Shown here: piece after piece, positions 27,965 to 41,757 of the stretch
Layout of the letters: every line of letters begins with the position of its first letter
Position numbering within the stretch: the stretch's first letter is position 1
Assembly: GCA_951406725.2 (NCBI GenBank)
Contig: OX597823.1
Coordinates: 46,624,001-46,688,000, forward strand
Source of the DNA: Octopus vulgaris
Taxonomy: Eukaryota
DNA: 64,000 nt
Direction: 5' to 3'
Program-made: the position numbers and the translations under genes
The notes under the pieces: model-generated
Told to the model about the DNA's origin: nothing
The model's input: the letters and a program-made list of their open reading frames with translations, nothing else
Databases searched by the model: none

Positions 27965-28369
27965 CAGTGATCCCTCTTTTACCGCGGTAGAAAGGTTCCG
28001 AGACCGGCCGCGATAACTGAATTTCTGCGAAGTAGGGACACTATATTTACAGTATTTATTTAACGTGTACTTGGACTTTTAAAACACTCCCTGTTCTGTT
28101 AACAACCCATCCATTACAGTCGTCTATTAATAACAAGGACAACTGTTAAGCAATTACACTTTAAATTTTAAAAAAATAAAGATTGTTACTGTTACACGGG
28201 TCAGATTACAAAATAGAGAGATGTGATTCGTCGTCTCTCTCCATTGCACCAATCACAGCCTGTTTTAAGTTTAAATACCCCTGAATATGCTTTTTTGTTA
28301 TTTTCCTAGACTAGGAAATAATATTTATTATTAATATTTTAATGGATTCAATAAAAAATTTTAGGCGTT

Positions 28370-28417
<48 letters not shown>

Positions 28418-28475
28418 AAATCTGTGAAGTCATGAATCCGTGATAGTTGAACCGCGAAGTAGCGAGGGATCACTT
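27965..28475. mobile_element. Tigger-like MITE
   Basis: TA flanks; TIRs CAGTGATCCCTC / GAGGGATCACTT; CCGCG-containing subterminal motifs. Confidence 0.8.
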
Positions 28476-28762
28476 TACTCTGTATTGGTAAACTGGCTGC
28501 GTTCGAGGACTTGGCGTCACTTATATTTGCCATCGGATAACCAGTATAAGGAAGAGAAAATGTTGGTGAAATCGGTTTAGTCCTCTCATATGACTACTAT
28601 AAGTAATACAGCTCTCACATCCATATAGTAGCGAAGACAAAAATAATGCTTAATTCTTCTTTGCCTTTTCTGTATCCTTTCGAGGCCTAAAAACGTTCTC
28701 AACCATCTCGGCTCTTCTCTCTCTCCTTCTCTCTCTGACTGTATACACATACATATATGTGT

Positions 28763-28807
<45 letters not shown>

Positions 28808-28896
28808 ACATACATACATACATACATACATACATACATACATACATACATACATACATACATACATGAACGTGCGCACATATAATTACGAATTAC

Positions 28897-29784
28897 GGAT
28901 CTTTTCAATTCTGAAGCCAGGACCACAGATCTTTCTACTTAACTAAATATTCTGAAACTTCGTATGCTGATAGAGTCTAGCAAAACAAGACACAGGTTGG
29001 AATTAGTTTATTTGAGAAAAATCTATTTTATGACTTTAATCGTAGATTAAAACTGCGAATTTTAACCAATCAGATTGTTTGTTTTCATGTGTAAAACTTG
29101 ACTGCATTCTATTAGTGTGACGTAGAAAGCGCTTTTGTGACGTACTAACGTTCGGAAAACTGTAAACAAACACAGAACGTAACGGCAGACGAAATACGGC
29201 TACGCATTTCGCCCGGCGTGCTAACGTTTCTGCCAGCTCTTTGCTTTTTTAATATTAAATTTCTTGCCTTTTGCACAAATAAATACATTAAGTGAAATGA
29301 AACGCATTAGCTTAAAAACGAAATCTTGTTAGAAGCCTCGTCACTGAGATGCCACTTCTTAAAAGCAAACGAAAGCAAGTACTAACAGAATGGAAACATT
29401 TTCAATTTAATACATGTGGCTTATTAACTAGTTTTAAATATTGTTATTAGAAGGTGGCTGACTATAGGATCCTGGAAACATGAGTACGTTAAATAATTAG
29501 AAGGAGATTTCACGGAGACATGCGGCTTGTTTACATTTAAGATGTTTAATACGTCACGAAATTGGTGGTCGAGACGGAGTAAATAAAATAAAGCCGAATG
29601 ACGGAATATCATTGGTTAAAATTCTAATTATTAAACAACGTTAAACTTAGAAGTTACAATTCCGTTTTCATTCTGGTTTACAATTAAGTTTACTTTTGAC
29701 ACATTCTACCAGTATACGAAGTTTCAAATTGTTTGGTTCAGTAGGAAACATTTGAAAAAACTGGCTTCAGAATTGAAAAGATCC
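28897..29784. mobile_element. Non-autonomous DNA transposon, 24-bp perfect TIR and 8-bp TSD (Merlin-like GG termini; superfamily inferred)
   Basis: GGATCTTTTCAATTCTGAAGCCAG / CTGGCTTCAGAATTGAAAAGATCC; TSD CGAATTAC at 28889-96 and 29785-92; a family A SINE fragment lies inside (~29172-29237). Confidence 0.85.
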
Positions 29785-30184
29785 CGAATTACATTGCTTC
29801 AATCATGTTGAAATACGAGTGAAATGCAGAAATAAGATTCTGTAAGAGAATATTTAGAACAATATAAACTCCGCCAATACTAATACAAGATGAAGTTAAA
29901 GATAAAGATGGAAACAAGCAGATTGCTTGGTCGTGAGAAAATAACTTCGGAGTTGGTGGAGCGGAACGGAAATGTAGCGTAGTAAGGTTCGCTGAGGACG
30001 TCAGTGGTTCAGTACTATAATTGTGCCGGAAGTGATTCAATTGTAATATACATGTTAAGGATGTTGTCTGTCAGCATGTGAGTGAGATTTATTATCATTT
30101 TTTTTTTTCATACGAGAATATATTTGGGTATATGAGTGTATGTGTGTGTATATGAGTGAGTGTAAATATTATAGAAATGGATGG

Positions 30185-30557
30185 ATGGAAGCACTCCGTC
30201 GGTTACGACGATGAGGGTTCCGGTTGATCCGAATCAACGGAACAGCCTGCTCGTGAAATTAACGTGTAAGTGGCTGAGCACTCCACAGGCACGTGTACCC
30301 TTAACGTAGTTCTCGGGGATATTCAGCGTGACACAGAGAGTGACAAGACCGGCCCTTTGAAATACAGGTACAACAGAAACAGGAAGTAAGAGTGAGAGAA
30401 AGTTGTGGTGAAAGAGTACAGCAGGGATCACCACCATCCCCTGCCGGAGCCTCGAGGAGCTTTAGGTGTTTTCGCTCAATAAACACTCACAACGCCCGGT
30501 CTGGGAATCGAAATCGCGAGACCGCTGCCCTAACCACTGGGCCATTGCGCCTCCACA
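30185..30557 (-). mobile_element. tRNA-derived SINE (family D, tail type 2)
   Basis: Same head as 27178-27471, different 3' half ending GTCGTAACCGACGGAGTGCTTCC(ATCC)n. Confidence 0.85.
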
Positions 30558-30784
30558 TTACAGAAATACAGAAACGGTGAGAAAGTGGAGTGACAAAAAC
30601 TATGTATTCCACTTATGAATAGTGTTGCATTGGGCACTCGTTATTTCTGGCATTACTTTTACTTAAAGCGCAAAGGAATTTAGAGCCTCATTTAGTTAAT
30701 TAGACTGTTTAAGGAACATGATAGTAGTTTTACTTACGATGTATAAATTGCACGTTTAATTTAATTTTTGGTTTGTTGATACTG

Positions 30785-31190
30785 ATTTCAAATTTTGGCA
30801 CAAGGCCAAGTTAGGGGAAGGGAACGAGTCAATTGCATTGACCCCAGTACTTAATTGGTACTTTTTTTTATCGACCCCGGAAGGATGGAAGCCAAAGTCG
30901 ACTAAGGTGGAATTTGAACTCCGAACGAAAGGACGGACAAAATGCCACTAAGCATTTTGCCCGGCGTGTTGACGATTCAGCCAGCTCGCCGCTTTCGGGT
31001 AACCTAATATTCTTTTCCACTCTAGGCACATGGCCCGAAATTTTGGGGGAGGGGCCAGTCGATTACATCGACCCCAGTAAGCAACTGGTACTCAATCTAT
31101 CGGCCCTGAAAGGATGAAAAGCAAAGTTGATCTCGGCAGAGGTTAACCTAATATTTTTTCTACTCTAGGCACAAGGCTCGAAATTTGGGG
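30785..31190 (-). mobile_element. Cluster of SINE family A copies and fragments
   Basis: Repeated GGCACAAGG..GAAATTT.GGGG...GTCGATTACATCGACCCCAG motifs. Confidence 0.75.
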
Positions 31191-32829
31191 TTAAATGGTA
31201 AATACAGGGTCTATATTGTAAACATTTAAGGTGATTCCACGATCGACGAAAGGAATTTGTATTTGAAAGGTGAGACAATATTTTGAAGCCCAGCATTTTT
31301 TAAATACTCTAATCCTGCCAATCACACACACACACACATTATCATTAATTAATATATTATTCTCATTTAATTCAAAAGTTTGTATTACTATATCTAAGAC
31401 TCCAAATAAAATTAAGCAAAGCAGTAGCGGAGCTGCTAAGTTGATGGTGAAAAATGAAAAGTTGGAGATAAAATCTTACTCCGATGTACGATTTATAAAT
31501 TGTGTTATGTTTTGTACAAAAGTTCTTTCGAAGTCTCTATATACTTGAGTAAGCAGTCACATGGGTGAGTGCAAATGCATGGTTGAGAAAATTTGCTTGA
31601 GAAACCATTGTTAAGTTTAATGCAAGTCATATTTGATAAAGATTACGATCGACTCTAAATGATTTCTCTCAACCCACCATTTTCTAGACACACCAATCAC
31701 ATTACTCTCAATATTTTAGATTCACCCGTTTTCATTGAACCATCCGATAACAGAATATACATATACACATATATATACACACGCATACATGCACACACAC
31801 TCACACACACACACACATACAAGCGCGCGCACACACACTCACACACACATACATTATTGAAATGATGAAGAAGTTTCACACGAATAAATTTATATTGTGA
31901 TATATAAAAGGAAGAAAATGCTCTGCGAACTTTATCCTGGAATAAAATGAGAAAATACATTTTTAAATAAATCAGCATCTACCGGTTCCGGTCGCTTTAA
32001 CAATGCAATCTAGTCATACTGAAATAAAAGGTAAAAATACATTTAATTAATCTTTCATATCTTCGGTTCTGGATGTTAACATATTTTTCATATAAAAATG
32101 AAATGATGTTACATTTCGTTTATTTGTGATTGTTGCTGAGTACCAGTTAACTGCAGTAGTAGCCGGTGGTTAGTGAAAGGAGGAGCAGGTAGGGCTGTTT
32201 GTGGTAGCAGCAGGTACAGGAGCTGGGACAACAACAGCTGGTGCTCTCGGAGTTTATAGCAGTTGTCCATCTAACTAGTAGCGGTCGTACGGCAGTGTTT
32301 GTGATATTTGTCTCCATTCCCTGCAACAGAAATTTTATGTGGTTAGAATTTTGTTGTGAAAGAAATTTCTTTCTTGTTGCATTGCCGTTGAATTATATGT
32401 TATCACTTAATTGATATAGAGAGAAAATTGTAAAATCTGGTTGTTTCGTACCGTATTTTAATTTGCTATCTATGCAGAGTTATGCGCTGTCGTAAGAAGC
32501 CATCTGTCTGACCAATGTAATGCTCTTCACATCGTGAGCATGATATTGCTCAGATGCAGAGATGAAATTAGATCTTATAGTAAAGCTTTGTACACGTTTG
32601 TAGCTAATCTCTGATCCTTCTGTCAGATTAAAGTATAAACCAAAGATGGGTCTTCCTCATCATTTTACTGTTGATCTTGTAGTTATTGTATGAAGTTTGA
32701 CTTTTGTTAGTATTTTTTCATTGATTTAAGTTGTCTTTTGTTTTTTTTCTGTATGTGTTAGAAGGATTTCGTTTAGCCTGGCTGGGATCGTTTTTCAGTA
32801 TCGGTGTTTTAGAATATGATGTTGTAAGC

Positions 32830-33260
32830 CTCATTATTTTTGTTCGGAAAAAAGGGTGGAGGGAAACTGGACCCCACCCCATATCCCGGAATCATTGGAA
32901 TTTTTATTTGTTGAATGAATTCCGGTGACCTAATATGCTACAAAACCCTTTTGGGTATTCGGAAAACGGGGTGGAATGGAAGCCTCGGAAATTTCAACCC
33001 CATTGATCTTTTCATCTGCACGGATCTTTTGCAAGGAATCAAGAACCCTGACCGCCTAATATGCAGTAAACCCCTTATTTTTGCTCGGAAAAAAGTGGGG
33101 ATCCGGACCCTCCTATCCCGGAATCATTGGCATTTTTGAATTTTTTTTCGCTGAGTGAATTCCGGTGATCTCCTAATTTGTTATAAAACCCTTTTTTGTG
33201 GTCCGGAAAACGGGATGGGGTGGGGTAGAACCCTCATAAATTTCACCTCCACCCCCATTT
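32830..33260. repeat. Two diverged ~240-bp tandem units, probably internal to a DNA element
   Basis: TATTTTTG.TCGGAAAAAAG..., ATCCCGGAATCATTGG, GAATTCCGGTGA and AAAACCCTTTT each occur twice in the same order. Confidence 0.65.
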
Positions 33261-33630
33261 AAAAATATTTTTTGTTATTTCTTTCTTTTCCCATAATTTT
33301 AGATAACATTTTGCAGAAATACGTTTGCGAGAGAGCATGGATTATATTGGATTGAAAATTCATAGAAGTTTGAAATGAATAAGTGAAAATGCAAAGGTCA
33401 TAGAAGTTAGAGTGGTACTGAAGTCAGTAGCGAAATAAAGAACGATAAATAATTAATCTAAAAAAAAAACACGTTAGTTGGTGTATGTGTATGAAACAAG
33501 TAAAAGTATAACATTAAAGCAAAAATATCTTTTTCATACCTCTTAAAATCACTGGATATGATATATATAATAATCCCGAATACATTTTCCCTTTGCAATT
33601 TTTGGCGTCGAAATGTGTTACATGTTTGTG

Positions 33631-33714
<84 letters not shown>

Positions 33715-33799
33715 TAGAAAGAAAGATTGAGTGGGTGACGAAGTTTACCTAAACATTGAATGGCTAACAATCTATCATAATTATATATATCATCATACA

Positions 33800-34055
33800 T
33801 CATCATCATTTAACGTCTGCTTTCCATGATGGCATGGGTTGGACGGTTTGACTGAGGACTAGCAAGCCAGGAGGTTGCAATGGGATTGCAGTCTGTTCTG
33901 GCAAGGTTTCTACAGCTGGATGCCCTTTCTAACGTCAACCACTCCGAGAGTGTATTGGGTGCTTTTCAAGTGTGACTGGCCCAGGGGCCAGTCAGTTGGC
34001 ACTGGCATCGATCATGCTCGAATGGTACTTTTTACGTGCCGCCGGCATTGGCAGA
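33800..34055 (-). mobile_element. Retroposon 3' end with (ATG)n tail (RTE-partner type)
   Basis: (CAT)n-TTAACGTCTGCTTTCCATG.TGGCATGGGTTGGACGG...GCTGGATGCCCTT.CTAACG pattern. Confidence 0.55.
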
Positions 34056-34739
34056 ATAGCGGGGATCGGTTTCTCCATCCTCTCTTTTTTCCGAAAAACG
34101 TAACGAGTTTGCAGCATATTAGGAGGTCAGGGTACTTGATTTACGAGGTTTTTTTTTTCTTTTTCTTAGTGAAAATCGTACAGGTGAAAGAATCAAATAA
34201 CACCAAATTTTGTTGCTGAAATAAAAGCGTTTAACTAGATCTCTCGTAATCTCTGGAAGAGACTGGAAACCATCACTTATGTGTTGTATTACTACTTCTC
34301 AACACCCACGTCTACTGGGCCACCGAAGCAGCAATGATAATACAAGAGAATGACCAGAAATTGAAGCGGCTCGAAGTGTCTATATTGGCCATAGGTAGTA
34401 TATGCAGTCTCTGCTGAGTGAAGCAAGTCGCGTGAATAAAAGGTGTAAGAGAAAGACTAAGAGCCATAAACTACCCTGTGAAGACACAGCTTTTGAAGTG
34501 ATATTCGGTGACGGAGAGACCGATATTTCTTAGTGAAAGACGATGATGACACCCAGATGAGATATGTTCCATAGTTCGAAATAGCAAGAGACGATAAATT
34601 CAACAACTGCAAACGTAAGCCACAGTATCTCCCACCCGGCTTGACAGCAAACGACACTTATGACAAGGAGGACAGTAATCACCAGCATCTCATCATGAAG
34701 GTATTCGTCATCGTTTATGAAACTGCTCCTTCTCTTTCC

Positions 34740-34809
34740 CTCACTATCATCATTGTCATCATCGTCATCGTCGTCGTAGTCGTCGTTGTCGTCATCATCA
34801 TCACCATCG

Positions 34810-34842
<33 letters not shown>

Positions 34843-34881
34843 CCATCATCATCACCATCGTCACAATCATCATCACCATCG

Positions 34882-34920
<39 letters not shown>

Positions 34921-35754
34921 CCATCATCATCATCACCATCGTCACCATCGTCATCATCATCATCATCACCATCATCATCATCACCATCGTCACCATCGTC
35001 ACCATCGTCATCATCATCATCATCATCATCCTCTTCTTCTTCTTATTCCACGTCCTCCTCCTCCTCATCATTATTATCGTCAACATCCTCCGATACCCTT
35101 CCTCCCCTTATTCCTCGTTCTCCTCCTCATCATCATTATCCTCAATATCAGTCTCCGCGTCGCGCTCCTCCCCTTCCTCCTTCTCTTCTCCTCATCATCA
35201 ACATCCACATCCTCCTCATCCTCATCATCATTCTCCTCGCATTCCTCCTCGTCCTCCTCTTCCTCTTATTCCTCCTCCTCTTACTCCTCTTCTTCCTCCT
35301 TCTCCTCTTACTCCTCTTCCTCCTTCTCCTTCTAATCTTCCTCCTCCTACTCATCTTCATCATCAACATCCTACTCGTCTTCATTCCCGTCCTCCTTTTC
35401 GTCCCCCTTTTCCTCCTCCTCATCCTCGTGCACGATATCTCCCTCTTCCTCCTCCACCTCCTCATTATCATCACCCTCGTCGTCGTCGCCGTTATCATCA
35501 TCATCATCATCATCAACATCATCAACGTCGTCATCATCATCACCATCATCATCATCACCATCATCATCATCATAATCATCATCATCATCATCATCACCGA
35601 CAGCAACAACATCAACACTAACAGCAACAGCAAAGACTGTTAGAGGGAAGCTATAACAACAGCAACTTCAAAAATACCCTTTTACAATAACCTCGAAAGT
35701 AGCAATAAAAAGTAACAACAATGGCGATATGACTACGATGACAACAGCAGCAGC

Positions 35755-35801
<47 letters not shown>

Positions 35802-35890
35802 AGAAGCAAAACAAACGACGACGATGATGATGATGACAACGATGACGACAACGATGACGACAACATTGACGACATCAACAACACTGACAG
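34740..35890. repeat. Compound trinucleotide low-complexity tract (CAT/CGT, CCT/CTT, CAA/CAG, GAC)
   Basis: Visible directly; explains the 326-aa and 285-aa poly-I/S/P/H ORFs. Confidence 0.95.
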
Positions 35891-36379
35891 CAACAACTTG
35901 ATACTTACAACAATGATAATGATTAAGAATAGTGATGTCGGTTCTATGACGACATTAAGCATCAAGAAAAAAGCAACATAAGATCCTGTGTATATCACAG
36001 TGAGTCATGACAAAATACGTATAATGACAATATCAGTTAAACAAACATAAAACAAGCGGTCATAAATAAAGCATACATCAACGAAAAACAGCTGTAAACA
36101 ACAATAACAAAAAGAAATACAAGCGAAAAGTTAAAGTGAAAGTGAAAGCAAATATATATAAATATTGATGTGATGAGAAAATAAGTATTACACACGCACA
36201 TAAATATATATATATAAATGCATACTCTGTGAAGACATACAATTGTAGATTTTTAGGGCATACATATGTATGTAAAGATCAATATATGTCTGCATGTATA
36301 AAATATATGCGTATGTGTGTGACTTGAGTGATATGTTGCGCGTTAGAGTGTGTGTCAGTGGGTGGGTGTGTGCATTCAT

Positions 36380-36609
36380 TTACTTGTTTCAGTCATTTGA
36401 CTGTGGTCATGCTGGTGTCGAACAAATCGACTCCAGGACTTATTCTATTGGTCTTTTTGCCGAACCGCTAAATTTAGGGTTGCCAAGCAATGGTGAAGGT
36501 ACAAGCACAGACACACACACACAAACATATACACGCGCGCGCACGCACACACACACACACACATATATATATATGTATATATATACATACATACATACAT
36601 ACATACATG

Positions 36610-36670
<61 letters not shown>

Positions 36671-36815
36671 GATGGGCTTCTTTCAGTTTCCGTCTACCAA
36701 ATCCACTCACAAGGCTTTGGTCGGCCCGAGGCTATAGTAGAAGACCCTTGTCGAGGAATTGGACCTGGAACCATGTGGTTAGGAAGGGAGCTTCTTACCA
36801 CACAGCCACGCTTCC
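36380..36815 (-). mobile_element. SINE family B
   Basis: Reverse-complement family B with internal CA/TA tract. Confidence 0.8.
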
Positions 36816-36831
36816 CCTATATATATATGAT

Positions 36832-36930
36832 GTGGTTGGCGAATATTGCAGATTTACTATGTTTGTCGTATCTAAAAGAATGGAGGTGTGCGGCATATCG
36901 TCGCTTAACATTTTTGGTTGATCCTATGTA
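36832..36930 (-). pseudogene. Inverted PLE GIY-YIG endonuclease segment containing the YIG motif
   Basis: Minus strand reads YIGSTKNVKRRYAAHLHSFRYDKHSKSAIFANH (33 codons, open). Confidence 0.8.
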
Positions 36931-37238
36931 ATTACAACAAACCTAGTAATTCTACAACACTCGCCAACCACATACATCATCTAAAAAGTACAAATATATC
37001 CTACACTCTATCATGGTCCATACTGGATTCAGGGTTTTCCTACCGATGTCAACGCTCACCCTGCAAGTTTTGCTTGAAGGAGCCACTTCATATATTAAAG
37101 TGCAACTCTCCAGCACTGCTAAATAAACATAACGAGGCACTAAGCACATGCAACCACCGCCTTTTTCAGACATTCAAATTCTACCACAAATCCCAATGCC
37201 TAAATGACCGTACAGTATATTTCAACAATACCCCTTAA
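36930..37238 (+). pseudogene. Penelope-like element GIY-YIG endonuclease C-terminus
   Basis: STTLANHIHHLKSTNISYTLSWSILD..YRCQRSPCKFCLKEPLHI..LLNKHNEALSTCNHR matches the PLE pattern STxLSxHIxxLK..W.I...CxLCLxE..LNKRxE..xCxH. Confidence 0.85.
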
Positions 37239-38315
37239 GTATTCCCAATAACCTTATAAATCTATATTTTAACTCCTAAGCTCACTCATACTCGAATATA
37301 ACAACCATCTAATTATATTTGTGTGTATATGAGTGCTTGCATATGCGCGTGTATATGTATGTGTGTGTATGTATGTATGTATGTGAGTATGTGTGAATGT
37401 ATGTATGTATGCTATATATACCTGCGTGTAGAGGGGCGATAATGCCTACAGATACACGTATATATGGATGTGCATGTGTACATATACATATGTGTACGAG
37501 TTGTATATGTAGATATTGATATGTATAAATATCTGTATAAATATATATATATACACATGTCTAATATATGCATCTGTATACATCTTCACATATATATTTT
37601 CTTCTACTACTAAACACTGACCTGCCTAACCACCTAATCTATATTTCTAAATTCTTCATTCTTCCATATTACTACCCCTCTCTCTGCCCCATCACTTAGA
37701 CTCTCACTACATAACTGACACTTCTTTACCTTTTTACACTATTATACCTTTCTCTCTATCAACCCCATTCCTTTTATCTGACATTCCTTTACTCTTTACC
37801 CTATCATCTTTTTACACTCTAATATCTTTCTCTTTGTATCATCCTCATCTCCCCATTCCTATTTCAAGTTATCTTGACTGACCACTAACTGGTACACTTT
37901 CCTTGTCTTCATCTCTTTATTATCTTTCTCGTTTTTTTTCTTTTTTTTCTTTAATTTATTCCACTCTTCCTGTTTTTTATTTTCTTCTTTTTTCTTCTCT
38001 TTTTCTCTTTCTTTATCCCTCTCTTCCTGTTTTCGATTTGACCTTACAAATACATTCCCTACTTTCAGGTCACTTTAAATAAAACCCTCCATTCAATAGC
38101 CTGTGTACAAACTCTATACTTGGAATGACCAATTTTAAATACTATTGGAATTTACGCACAAGGTATTGGAATCTCATATGCATACCATTCTGCCTAAATA
38201 ATGGATCTACAAATGCAATATTCCTGTATATCACACATCTATTTTCATTCCTCTACTTCACTCTCTATTTCGTGTCTTATCTAAATTAAGCATCGCTTAA
38301 CCATTTTCTCACACC

Positions 38316-38363
38316 GTCTCCGATGAAGGGATATAATAAATATCCTGGAAACAGCTGTAAGAC
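38316..38363 (+). ncRNA. Minimal type I hammerhead in the PLE 3' region (pLTR)
   Basis: gtct-CCGATGA-ag-ggatat(aataa)atatcc-tg-GAAA-CAGCTG-TA-agac: stem I gtct/agac, palindromic ACAGCTGT stem III, GUA site; U4C change in the core. Confidence 0.7.
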
Positions 38364-38428
38364 AGCTATTTATAAATGTCCTAAAATCTTCACAGCCTCG
38401 GTTTTTTTTTTATCTCATTCTGAAAATG

Positions 38429-38473
<45 letters not shown>

Positions 38474-38481
38474 GTGTGTGC

Positions 38482-38530
<49 letters not shown>

Positions 38531-38671
38531 AAACATGTCCTTCAGTTATGGAACAGAGAGAGAAGGGGTGACAGAGTAGAGAAGGAAAAGGGAGAAAAAT
38601 AAAGACATAAAGCATGATAGAGAATACATAAGGTCACAGCAATTTAAACAACATAGCAATATACAAGAAAA

Positions 38672-38890
38672 GTAAGGCGGCAAGATGGCAGAATCGTTAG
38701 CACGACGGGTGTAATACTTGAGAGTGTTTCATCCATATTTACGTTTTTTGAGTTCAAAACCTATTGGGGTCGACTTTGCCATTCATCCTTTCGCATGTCG
38801 GAAAAATAAAAACCAGTTGAACGCTGGAGTTTTTGTAATTAATTTAAACCTCCACCGAAATTTCTGGGTTTGTTCCGAAATTTGAAACCA
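38672..38890 (+). mobile_element. SINE family A, diverged
   Basis: GGCGGCAAGATGGCAGAATCGTTAGCAC head, GAGTTCAAA B-box. Confidence 0.75.
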
Positions 38891-39279
38891 ATATGTATGA
38901 AAAGTAAGATATTAGCGCCAGTCTCAAACTTTCTCTCTGTCTCCCCATCCTTCTTTCTACTCTGTCGCATCTATCTTTCTACTGTATTTCCTTACGTTCC
39001 AAGCATGCCAAATCTCTTACTTTTGGTCAACTTTCTCATCTCAGTTCATCCAGCAAGCATACCAGTTTATCATCTCTCCACTATTACCTTGATTTACTCG
39101 TGCGCTTTTACAGTGCCTTATTCAAGCGTCAGGCATATTTCCTATTGTTTTGTATTATTTAGTTATATTTTGATCGTTAAAGATTAATTTTTTGTGTTTC
39201 TTGTCCTTGCAGCCAAAGCTAAACCGTGTGTATGTAAGTGCATGCATACATACAGACAGACATACATGTATGTATATAT

Positions 39280-39335
<56 letters not shown>

Positions 39336-39354
39336 GTATATATATATATACATA

Positions 39355-39388
<34 letters not shown>

Positions 39389-39389
39389 C

Positions 39390-39422
<33 letters not shown>

Positions 39423-39731
39423 TACAGACAGATGAACACACACATACACATTTCCTCACAGACACATCAATTTCGTTCTATGTAATTTATATACGTATAT
39501 CAAAATGTCAGTTTGCAAATATTAGGGAAATTGTTGTTTCATATCGCATAAAAGTAATTAAAGATAATAAAATTCAGCTAGAAGAATACTCCAGCACAAG
39601 GTCAAGTCCTTGTTGTGGCGTTGTGTGGTGTGGTGTTGTGTCGTGTTTGACTCAATTACTCTGAGAGCTATTCCAGCTGAGTTTAAGCACCATCATGGTA
39701 GGAGTTCAAGCTCCTACCATGCTAGACATTA

Positions 39732-39935
39732 TAGGCTTTTTTCCGAGAAATCTAATGCGCTTGGCTTAGATTTTCCTTTGGGGCTGGCCAGATCGGAGCA
39801 ATCTCAAGATTAATCAGCCGAAATTGCGAGGATGATCCGGTTCTCGAATGAAGATTGAAGGCTTCGAATGTCCCGTCCGTGTTTTTTGTATCGTCTTCTA
39901 AATGTTTTCCGTTCTTGTCCCAGTTTGTATTTTTT
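39732..39935 (+). repeat. ~200-bp interspersed repeat; close copy at 41854-42050, relatives at ~4485-4650 (-) and ~62672-62832 (+)
   Basis: GAAATCTAATGCGCTTGGCTTAGATTTTCC...CAGCCGAAATTGCGAGGATGATCCGG...GTTCTTGTC.CAGTTTGTAT shared. Confidence 0.85.
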
Positions 39936-40005
<70 letters not shown>

Positions 40006-41716
40006 GGAGCCAGTTTAATATGGACCTTCAGTTTTCAGAAGAATAAATGGTTTTTCGTAGGGCCAACAGCACTAATTAGAAACAAAACACTGTTATAGAA
40101 GCATCGATGACATTTCAGAGCTAACAAGATCCAGGAGAGAACAGTGCAGAATAAAGAATAGTGTAGAGAAGTCGTCAATGGACCATACTCCATAGGAAGC
40201 AAACTGCTCGAGTAAGCAGCAAGAATACTGTAAGAACAATGGGCAGCAGCAATATCTATAGTAGATATCAATGACTGAAATTACTGACAAACAGGATGCT
40301 ATGCAAAAGCACAAGTGATTGTAAACATGTTTAACCAAGAAGGCTAACTTTCGATTGATTTTAGAGAAAATAATGACACCTTTGGTGAGAAACGGGATAT
40401 GAAAGACAGAAATATCGTATCTGTTTGGTATATACTTTCTATCATATCAAAAGCAGATGTATCAGCGAAATCCTCCTCATATCACACCCTACCATTTTTA
40501 AACATTGTATAATGTAGAGCGAGGTATATGTTATATCTAAAAATTTTAAAAAATGGCCGACTCAATCTAGACAGATCTGGTGGTTAAATAATCGCATAAG
40601 AAAGAAACTCGTGACACGTTTAGGAGTAGCGATGTACTAATATGCTGAAACTGGTTGATTAGACAATCAGAAAATATTTCGCTCAAAAAGTAAACGCAGA
40701 AAAGAATCCGAATTATAATATTCCCTGTTTTTAACCTAACGAAACCACAAAGCGACCCAATAACTGTAAATTATATATATTTTCTGAGAAAATCCGAGTC
40801 AATGGGAGAAATAAATTTACAGCTATTTATAAAAAAGATAAATAAAACTAGTGTCTGATATGATGGAAAGTATGCACAGAAGTAAGATATATGATCCGTG
40901 CCAATTACGTATAATAGTACAGATAATATTGTCATAAATAAAAGCAATTTAATCGTTGTTTAATGTATATAATTTACTGGAATAAACTCATTTATATTCA
41001 ATTTGGAAATAATCCCATCATTTTCCTACATGATAATTGAATTTTTGATTTTCGTTTCATCCTACATATGAATGATGACAAATACATACACCACTGTTAA
41101 TCGATATTGTATAGACACGTATAAGAAACATCAAAATGAACAAAAAGTGATGGAAAGCATAAGCCCATTTTCTACTTTCAAGTTCACTTTTTGTGTCGAT
41201 TCAAAACTCTGCTTAAAATATAAAAACAAACTCACACTCTTCTATGTTCTATATATATATATATATATAATTATTTAAGCATTAGATGTGAACCTAACAG
41301 TTATCCGATGAAGCACGTTCATTGCATATGGCTACCTTACGCCATCCACGTTATTTACACTATTGTTATTGAATCTACGTTAGGAATTCCTCAGTGTTCG
41401 TCGAGTATACACACACACACAGGCACACACACAAGAGTTTAGGAATTGAGTAGATAGGATTCAGGTGACATATGTTTCATAGCGAGCGGAACCTTGGAAG
41501 TGGTGTATATCCAAGCTAGGATATGTACGTATGTATGTATGTATGTATGTATGTATGTATGTATGTATGTATGTATGTATGTATGTATGTATGTATGTAT
41601 GTATGTATGTATGTTTGTGTGTGCGTGACACCTTGGGCCAGTTTCTTCTACTATAGCCTCGGGCCGACCAAAGTTTGTGAGTGAATTTGGTAGATGGAAA
41701 CTGAAAGAAGCCCATC

Positions 41717-41757
<41 letters not shown>

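Noticed and set aside
34641-35643. 326-aa and 285-aa ORFs rich in His, Pro, Ile and Ser
   Set aside because: They are translations of compound trinucleotide repeats that are open in several frames and on both strands; no domain.
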